Source of the DNA: a virus
Lineage: Duplodnaviria > Caudoviricetes
Length of the DNA stretch: 30,579 bases
Reading direction: 5' to 3' (one strand)
Virus record (IMG/VR): IMGVR_UViG_3300032329_000234
Location: 1 to 30,579 of that record
Shown here: positions 1-6,600 of the stretch, in pieces
Position numbering within the stretch: position 1 is the stretch's first letter
Layout of the letters: every line of letters starts with the position of its first letter
The notes under the pieces: generated by a model
Told to the model about the DNA's origin: nothing
Seen by the model: the letters and a program-made list of their open reading frames with translations, nothing else
Database searches by the model: none
Translations under genes and position numbers: made by a program

Positions 1-123
1 ACTGACACATAAATATCCTTATATAGGATAAGTTATGAAAAACAGAAATAGCATACCTGCGAACTGGGCTGGCGATCGTTATATCAATCGTGAGTTGTTT
101 GAAAGTTATCTCAAGCCAGGACC
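1..123. repeat. Terminal direct repeat, copy 1 (circular assembly overlap)
   Basis: 1-123 is identical to 30457-30579, so the contig closes into a 30,456 bp circle. Confidence 0.95.
8..15 (+). promoter_or_regulatory. T4-late-like promoter box CATAAATA upstream of the HNH gene
   Basis: One mismatch to the T4 late consensus TATAAATA, 19 nt before ATG 35; contains the TAA stop of the upstream ORF in the circular genome. Confidence 0.6.
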
Positions 124-643
124 AAATGGTTGTTTATTATGGACAGGTCATATCACACGCATTGGATATGGCTTGATAGGTTTTACCTATCCCAAAGGTC
201 AGACCAGTCCATCTGGCAAACGAACGGGTATGATGAGTGCTCATAGAGCCGCCTTTCAATTACATCACGGTCGTGCTCCAAGTCAACCCAATATCAATCA
301 TCTTTGTCACGTAAAAAACTGTTGCGAACCTAGTCATTTACGGGAAGGCACACAGCAAGACAAAATTCAAAGTATGGCTACGGCAGGTATCAAGGGTGGG
401 CGTCAACTGGGGCAAACAGGTCTTGCTTATAATCATAAACAATGGAATCGTACTTACAAGCGTTCAGAAGAAGAAATAAACTGGATACGCTATGCCACCA
501 CTGATGAGATTGTGGCTCGTTATGGTATGCCCAAACAGCGAGCCAGTGCTTTTAGATGTATGGTACGCGATGGATACCGTTGGTTGCCGTTTGACAAAAG
601 CAAAGTGGTAAAACAAAAACCTGGACGCAAAAAGTCTGTATAA
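35..643 (+). CDS. HNH endonuclease (phage homing-endonuclease type) with a C-terminal putative DNA-binding helical domain
   Basis: Motifs CLLWTG...GYG...AHRAAFQLHHG...INHLCHVKNCCEPSHLREGTQQD are typical of phage HNH/Zn-loop nucleases; AGGA RBS at 25-28. Confidence 0.85.
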   Translation: MKNRNSIPANWAGDRYINRELFESYLKPGPNGCLLWTGHITRIGYGLIGFTYPKGQTSPSGKRTGMMSAHRAAFQLHHGRAPSQPNINHLCHVKNCCEPSHLREGTQQDKIQSMATAGIKGGRQLGQTGLAYNHKQWNRTYKRSEEEINWIRYATTDEIVARYGMPKQRASAFRCMVRDGYRWLPFDKSKVVKQKPGRKKSV

Positions 644-646
644 ATA
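639..646 (+). promoter_or_regulatory. Perfect T4 late promoter consensus TATAAATA
   Basis: Exact TATAAATA overlapping the HNH stop codon, directly upstream of a structured non-coding segment. Confidence 0.6.
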
Positions 647-650
647 TTAT

Positions 651-818
651 TGAGTGGGAGTTATCCATACCCTTCCTGGGATCATAGATATAATCCTAAA
701 TTGTTGATTGCCATTAACATTTAATCCCCAAATCTCCCACTCACCCAGTTTCACTCTAAGGCTTGTGTCAACCATCCTTGTAGAGTCAAAAGCCCTGTCA
801 CAAGCAGGGCTTTTTTTT
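651..818 (+). ncRNA. Candidate structured small RNA or leader RNA (about 165 nt)
   Basis: Bounded by TATAAATA and an intrinsic terminator; 10-bp helix TGAGTGGGAG (651-660)/CTCCCACTCA (734-743); hairpins at 702-719 and 754-785; no credible ORF. Confidence 0.6.
788..818 (+). terminator. Rho-independent terminator
   Basis: AAAAGCCCTG-tcacaag-CAGGGC followed by T8. Confidence 0.85.
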
Positions 819-841
819 GGCTGTTTTGAGACCATTTTCCA

Positions 842-870
842 TTGCTTTTTGTACAACTGTCATATATAAT
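842..870 (+). promoter_or_regulatory. Sigma70-type promoter
   Basis: TTGCTT (842-847), 17 nt spacer, TATAAT (865-870), just downstream of the terminator. Confidence 0.55.
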
Positions 871-939
871 AGTATAGGGATTAAGAAATGGCACGCAATT
901 TATAAAATAGATCGTAACGGATTTATAGATGATTATACT

Positions 940-1401
940 ATGAAAATAGATTTATACAACAACCACGAAACATTCAAACAAGAGTCCAAGCAGAACTCTG
1001 CTATAAATTCTTGGTATCGTGATATTGGATTGACTGCCAAAGACATTGACACACATCCTTGTATAACGGATCTCGCAATATTAATTCGCATAAGAAACGC
1101 TTACTGGACCATAATGACAGCCAGTGAACGTGCTTTATGGGCAGGTAGTTGGGGTGTGGTATACAAAGATAGAAAATTCCTACGCCCTAAAACCTTAAAC
1201 AAATTTGAAACATTGGTTGTCACCGCGTACGATCGCGAACAACGCTTAAACACCCAAAGAACTAAAATACAGTCACTAAGACACACTAATACAGAACCCT
1301 TAAAACGAGATCAAGATAATGAGGCTAACGGATCTCACTCGCACAGTTTACATAAACAGACTGTGACCAACGAGCGTGCCATAGAATGCCCTTACTTCTA
1401 A
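940..1401 (+). CDS. Hypothetical protein (probable start ATG 940 rather than 817)
   Basis: Open frame 817-1401, but 817-939 overlaps the terminator and promoter; first in-frame ATG is at 940; no recognised domain. Confidence 0.6.
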   Translation: MKIDLYNNHETFKQESKQNSAINSWYRDIGLTAKDIDTHPCITDLAILIRIRNAYWTIMTASERALWAGSWGVVYKDRKFLRPKTLNKFETLVVTAYDREQRLNTQRTKIQSLRHTNTEPLKRDQDNEANGSHSHSLHKQTVTNERAIECPYF

Positions 1402-1680
1402 AGTAACGGTTGGTGGTAGACTATAGCCAAAGGTCCACCTAGTAATATTCTGTTTATGTAGACTTGCTGAAAGGCCGCCCTTTATGGGGACGATCCAAGA
1501 TGACAGGTGTAGGAAACAAAGGACGCAACTGTGATTTATTTACAGTTTGCCATTCCTTTGACTCCAACTCCAAGTCGTATTAAAAACTTATTTGTTTCGT
1601 GTTTTTAACCAAGTCTGATAACAAATAGAACGACACGCCAGTGGAGTTCTTGTTATCAAGACAGATCTCCAAGAGATCTC
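1307..1680. other. Large multi-hairpin structured region (candidate ncRNA or replication origin)
   Basis: Inverted-repeat pairs 1307-12/1331-36, 1342-47/1360-65, 1412-16/1435-39, 1461-66/1571-76, 1517-23/1554-60, 1527-34/1540-47, 1580-87/1601-08, 1616-24/1650-58 and 1663-69/1673-79. Confidence 0.55.
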
Positions 1681-1705
1681 TTTATATGTAGAAAGGACGT
1701 AATTA

Positions 1706-1864
1706 ATGCCAAGACCCTTGGGTAGTAAAAACAAACAACCAGGTGTATCAAATGCTCAAAGGCAACGGCGATATAGAGCAAGAGTCTACCTAAAAGATAG
1801 ACAACTCGTAAGAGATATAGTAAACTTATTACAACTCAACCACGAAGAAAAGGATCGCAAATGA
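1706..1864 (+). CDS. Small basic putative DNA-binding protein (52 aa; not in the ORF track)
   Basis: My translation is MPRPLGSKNKQPGVSNAQRQRRYRARVYLKDRQLVRDIVNLLQLNHEEKDRK; AAAGGA RBS; ATGA overlap with the next gene; AT-hook-like RPxGSKNK motif. Confidence 0.7.
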   Translation: MPRPLGSKNKQPGVSNAQRQRRYRARVYLKDRQLVRDIVNLLQLNHEEKDRK

Positions 1865-2325
1865 GTATTCAAAAAGGACGCACCTGTTGGCAACAGATAG
1901 CGGAAGTTCAAAACAAGATCTGTGCGGCAGAAGGTGAGATACAGCGAAATGACACCCGCATATGGGAGTATCTAAACAGAAGTGCCACAGCCTTTGATGA
2001 CAAGGACTGGCACAATATATTAGAGTATTTCTTTGGGGTTGTAGCAGTAGAACACCCAGACTTGGTAAGCCAAGCGGATTGGGATCTATTTGCTGAACTC
2101 ACAGACAGTCTACCAGAGGATCCCAGGCCAGGTGATCATACCTTCTATGGCCGTCCTTACAAGAGCACACCTGAAAAACTCAAAATGTGGCAGGCAGTGA
2201 TGCGTATGAGAGAAATATGGAACAAGATCCACGGTATTGAGATCCAAAATAGACCACAGGCCAAGACATCACGGTCTGAGGATCGCCCAACACCCCTGTT
2301 TAACACCTTGTTTACGACAGAATAG
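1861..2325 (+). CDS. Hypothetical protein
   Basis: 154 aa ORF with AAGGA RBS, translationally coupled to the upstream ORF. Confidence 0.7.
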   Translation: MSIQKGRTCWQQIAEVQNKICAAEGEIQRNDTRIWEYLNRSATAFDDKDWHNILEYFFGVVAVEHPDLVSQADWDLFAELTDSLPEDPRPGDHTFYGRPYKSTPEKLKMWQAVMRMREIWNKIHGIEIQNRPQAKTSRSEDRPTPLFNTLFTTE

Positions 2326-2387
2326 TGTTGCCAAAAAGCCACTGTTGCCACGACGCAACAGACCAATAAATCGTTTAATGTTATACT
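2326..2387 (+). promoter_or_regulatory. Extended -10 promoter preceded by tandem palindromic operator-like boxes
   Basis: TG-T-TATACT at 2379-2387; boxes TGTTGCCAAAAAGCCACT (2326-2343) and TGTTGC-N6-GCAACA (2343-2360). Confidence 0.5.
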
Positions 2388-2418
2388 ACGAGCATAGTTA
2401 AACAACGGGAGTAGCACA

Positions 2419-2541
2419 ATGTACAAACAATTACAAGACTTACTTGACGCACAACAGGCACGTGATCTTACCCCAGCAGAACGTGCCTGGATCATTGAAA
2501 ATTTTCCAGAATATGAAACCTTATTGGAGTCCGCAGAATGA
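2419..2541 (+). CDS. Small hypothetical protein (40 aa; not in the ORF track)
   Basis: MYKQLQDLLDAQQARDLTPAERAWIIENFPEYETLLESAE; GGGAG RBS; ATGA overlap with ORF 2538. Confidence 0.65.
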   Translation: MYKQLQDLLDAQQARDLTPAERAWIIENFPEYETLLESAE

Positions 2542-2855
2542 AACTACCTGATACTTTAGTCAAGAATGCCACAGGTGTTTATGAAAACACCGCTGAAGAG
2601 TTTGTTACAGATTTCTCAGGTTACCGTGAAGTCAAGGTGCGTAGTGCTTGTGAAACATATCCTGGTGAACCAAAGGCCTGTATAGACAACAGCATACAGT
2701 TTGCTGAATATGGTGATTTAGATGTGGTCCAAGGATATTTTACCATAGATGGAGTTCCATTAGGTGCTTTCCATTATTGGAACTATGATCCTGAAACTGA
2801 TACATATTGGGACTGTAGCCCTGTTGGCAAGATCACGTATTATATCAAATGCTAG
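2538..2855 (+). CDS. Hypothetical protein with a possible Cys-His-Asp (transglutaminase/papain-like) triad
   Basis: Pattern ACIDNS...VVQGY...FHYWNYD...YWDCSP. Confidence 0.55.
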   Translation: MKLPDTLVKNATGVYENTAEEFVTDFSGYREVKVRSACETYPGEPKACIDNSIQFAEYGDLDVVQGYFTIDGVPLGAFHYWNYDPETDTYWDCSPVGKITYYIKC

Positions 2856-2922
2856 GCTCACGGATTTCAAATCAAACTTAATCCGTTGCGGCTCACGGAA
2901 AAGGATTCAAACTTAATCCGTT
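2855..2922. repeat. Two tandem 33-bp imperfect direct repeats (35 bp period)
   Basis: GGCTCACGGA-tttcaaa-TCAAACTTAATCCGTT (2855-2887) and GGCTCACGGA-aaaggat-TCAAACTTAATCCGTT (2890-2922). Confidence 0.85.
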
Positions 2923-2939
2923 ATGTCGTAATATACAAC

Positions 2940-2970
2940 AAAAAAGAGGCCGTTCACTAGGCCTCTTTTT
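2940..2970. terminator. Intrinsic terminator, probably bidirectional
   Basis: AAAAAAGAGGCC-gttcacta-GGCCTCTTTTT. Confidence 0.8.
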
Positions 2971-2980
2971 GCGTCCGCGG

Positions 2981-2986
2981 TAAATA
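2981..2986 (+). promoter_or_regulatory. TAAATA late-like promoter, probably giving a leaderless mRNA
   Basis: TAAATA lies 6 nt before ATG 2993, just after the terminator, with no Shine-Dalgarno. Confidence 0.55.
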
Positions 2987-2992
2987 AGTCAT

Positions 2993-3346
2993 ATGGCCAA
3001 ACAAGATCTCTGGACCGCACTATTCAAAATGGAATATGCCAAACACTCTGGCGTGATTCCCAGTATCAACGCAGGCACTGATCCTGCCAGAGACCTAGCC
3101 ATAGTTCAACACGTGGGACACAGTCAAAGTTATATGTTGACCTATCCCTTGCTCAAGTATGATGCTGACTATTGGAACATATACTTGTCAATGTTCAGTC
3201 AACCTGGTCTGGATCTACATCTCAGCACAGCCTTGGTCATTTCAGAAACCTTGTTTGGTGATCGTGTGTATGGACTTGACATACCTGATGTTTGGATTCT
3301 GAGTCTAGAAGTCCTAGCACAAGGTCAACTGGCCAAGATCATATGA
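2993..3346 (+). CDS. Hypothetical protein
   Basis: 117 aa ORF following the TAAATA box. Confidence 0.65.
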   Translation: MAKQDLWTALFKMEYAKHSGVIPSINAGTDPARDLAIVQHVGHSQSYMLTYPLLKYDADYWNIYLSMFSQPGLDLHLSTALVISETLFGDRVYGLDIPDVWILSLEVLAQGQLAKII

Positions 3347-3603
3347 AGACCATCACTTACAGTCAAGTTTGGATAGAGGAACTATGGCAAGCAGAACAGC
3401 ATATTCAGGCTCGTAGCAAATTCAAATTGCCAGAAACTCAATGGTTATTGGAACAAGGATATGAACCCAAATATAGTCAACGCCAGGATCTTCAGCGTGA
3501 ACAATGGATCTATACCTTGGAATTTCAAGTACCAGATGAGATAGTGAGTTATCTAGGTCTGCGTTGGCCTGATCAACGCTATGACATTGAAGTCCTGGTC
3601 TAG
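3343..3603 (+). CDS. Hypothetical protein (start ATG 3343)
   Basis: ATGA overlap with the upstream stop; in frame with track ORF 3292-3603. Confidence 0.65.
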   Translation: MKTITYSQVWIEELWQAEQHIQARSKFKLPETQWLLEQGYEPKYSQRQDLQREQWIYTLEFQVPDEIVSYLGLRWPDQRYDIEVLV

Positions 3604-3622
3604 ACCTGGCAAATTTTACAGC

Positions 3623-3630
3623 CATAAATA
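3623..3630 (+). promoter_or_regulatory. CATAAATA late-like promoter of the fibre operon
   Basis: Intergenic, 52 nt before ATG 3683; TAAGGA RBS follows. Confidence 0.6.
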
Positions 3631-3682
3631 ATAGTTAAACGTATTGGCCTAATCAGGGCGGCAGGCATTATAAGGAACGGAA

Positions 3683-6600
3683 ATGACCACAATTATCACT
3701 CGTGCGGTTAAAGGTAGCCCTTTATCCAATGATGAAGTAGATTCAAATTTTACAAACTTAAACACAGACTTAGTCGCAACTCAGGCAAATGTCATTGCCG
3801 CCAACACCAAGATCGCTAGCACGGATGCCAACCTAGGCACCGCTACTACCAATATCACAAACCTACAATCAAATGCGGCTAGCCAGCAAACTCAGATAGA
3901 CGCCAAAGCCGCCCTGGCAGGTGCCACATTCACAGGCAACATTTCAGCCCCATACATCCTGGGCAATGGTAGCAAATTAACTGGTATCTCAGCGGGCAGT
4001 TCCACAGCGGCCAATATTACTGTTACAGGCATCAATACCAATGTGGCATACAATCTTATGCTGAGTCCAACCTATAGTGGAACAGCCCAATTGTATGCTG
4101 AGACTGATGGCTCATTTACATACAATCCAGGTACCAATACATTAACAGTTGGCAATATCACAGGTAATGGAGCAGGCCTAACGGGTATTCCAACAGTGAC
4201 GGATGTGACCACAGCCAACACTGGTATGAAGAGTTATGTGGATGGTCAGGTCACCGCCTTAAACACCACAATCTCTGGGGTAACCACAGCCTGGACTGCC
4301 AATGCTGGTACACAACAGACCAGCATTAACACCAATACCACAGACATCGCAGGCCTTCGTGCCAACATCACAGCGGCCAATGCTGTTGTAGCAACCAAGA
4401 CTACAACCACTTATGTTGACTCAGCAGTGACCACTGCCAATACAGCAATGAAGACGTATGTGGATGGTCAGGTTGCCACCAAAACAACCACCACTTATGT
4501 TGACTCAGCCATTTCAACCGCTGTCAACAACCTAATCAATAGTGCCCCTGGTACCTTAGATACCCTGGGTGAAATTGCCGCCAACCTGGCCTTAGGTTCC
4601 TCAGCCGTGGGTGCTGTCACCGCTTCAATAACCTCAACCAATGCGAATGTCTCTGCCGCTAATGCCAAAATAGCCACGCTGGATGCTAACCTAGGCACAG
4701 CGACGACCAACATAACAACACTATTCGCAAATGCCGCAAGTCAACAGACCACAATGGCTGGACTAAGAACTGATGTTGATTACATTGTCAACACAAGTTT
4801 ACCAGGTGTGGTCAGCGTTAATTCAGTTCAGAATACCAGAATGGATACCTTTGAAGCCAACCTGGGTCAGAGATATACAGAAATACAAACAGGTGTTACC
4901 AACCTAGGATTGGCCACCACAGATATCACAGCATTAAAAGCCAACGCTGCCGCACAAGCCACACAAATATCAGATGTGAATACCAGCATAGTTGATTTAT
5001 ATGCCAATGCGGCAGGGCAAGCCTCAGCGATCTCAACTTTGACTGCCAACGCTGCCGCACAAGCCACAGACATAGCCGTGCTTTATGCCAATGCGGCCAC
5101 ACAGAGTTCAGCAATCGCTGGCAAAGCAAACACGTCAAGTTTGGCGGCTGTGGCAACATCAGGCTCATATACTGATTTATCTAACAAACCTACCATACCC
5201 GCACAATATTCTGGTGACCTTGCTGGCAATGTGATTTATGATAGTGTGCGTGGTCGTTTCATAGCCAATGCTTATCCCCTAAGCACACCTGATGGTAGTC
5301 GTTATGCCAACGGCTTTACCAATTACATTGTGAACACTCCCACATACTCCAATGGAGTATTACAGTATTCTTCAGCCACTGGTGTGGCCAGTCAAGGTGC
5401 TATGACCTATGGTGGAATATTGAGTGCTAACGTTGCCCTACAAAGTGCCTATGGCACGGGTGGTATCAAACAGGCAGTGGGCTTTTATCAATACAATCAA
5501 ATCACTCCTGTAACAGCCAATGTGATGAATCAAAATGATCGTGTGCGTGGTGGTATACTACAACTTGATCTAAACCTTAATGGTCAAACCTGGGGCATTT
5601 CAGGCAACACTTACAGTCAAGGTGCGGTATTCGCTGCCGCGGGTGGTGCTGTTGCTCAGATCATTGGTCCTGGTACCATTGGCAGTTTAATTGCCAGTAT
5701 CAACGGTGTCAACATCAATCCAGCACCAGGCCTACAATCCAATATTCAATATGCCACTGGCACACACAGCGTAGTATCATTTAACAGTAATGCTACCACC
5801 GCACAAGGCAATGTGGTCAACGCTAGATTGTTCGCGGGTGGTCTAAGTGGTTTTAGCGGCAACAACACCGTGGTCAATGCCATTGGTCTACATACCTATA
5901 ATGGTTGGGCAGGAACAATTGGCACTACATCTGGTGCCAAAAATGCCTATGCCTTGTTGAATGAAGATACCAGTACCCTAATACAAACTTCAGGCAATAT
6001 TGTATTTGCTTCAGGATCTGGCAAAGGTATTGTGTTCAGTGATGGCACAGTTCAGACCACAGCCGCATCAGGTTCAGGTGGTTCTGGCACTTATGGTGAT
6101 GCCAATGTGGCAGCCTATTTGTCCGCGGCTCTGGCACAAAATGTTGATACCTACAGTTTAACCTCAGGTAATATTTCAAGTCGTGGCAGTATTTCCGCGA
6201 CCACAGGATTCTTTTGGAGCAATGGAACACCATACTCAACTGGATCTGGTAATGCTTCAACTGGAAATATATCATTTGTCAATACTACGCTGACACCTAC
6301 CACAGACAATGTTACTCTATTAAAGAGTTACACGGGTAATGTGATCAGTCAAGCCAGTAATTTTATTTCACAATTAGCCTACGTAGAAAATTACAATTCT
6401 ATTACCACTGGCAATATCTATGCCACTTCACGTCGTGGCAGTTACGCATTTGCCAGTGACGCAGGTATATTTGGTGGTGCTGAGTCTGGTCCAATGGTTG
6501 GATTCCAACTACAACCAGCAGACAACGCGGCAGGCTCACCAGGACAACAATATTACCACGTAATGCCGCAAGATGGTAGATTTATCACAGCAGGCAATGT

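Noticed and set aside
817-939. N-terminal extension of ORF 817-1401
   Set aside because: It starts at a TTG in the terminator tail and spans a sigma70-like promoter; ATG 940 is more plausible.
1412-1825. Group I intron (GTAGACTATA and AGATATAGT resemble R and S elements)
   Set aside because: I could not build the P7 and P3 pairings, and no gene is interrupted.
2855-2922. Mini-CRISPR array
   Set aside because: Only two units with 2 nt between them, no spacer-length unique sequence and no cas genes.
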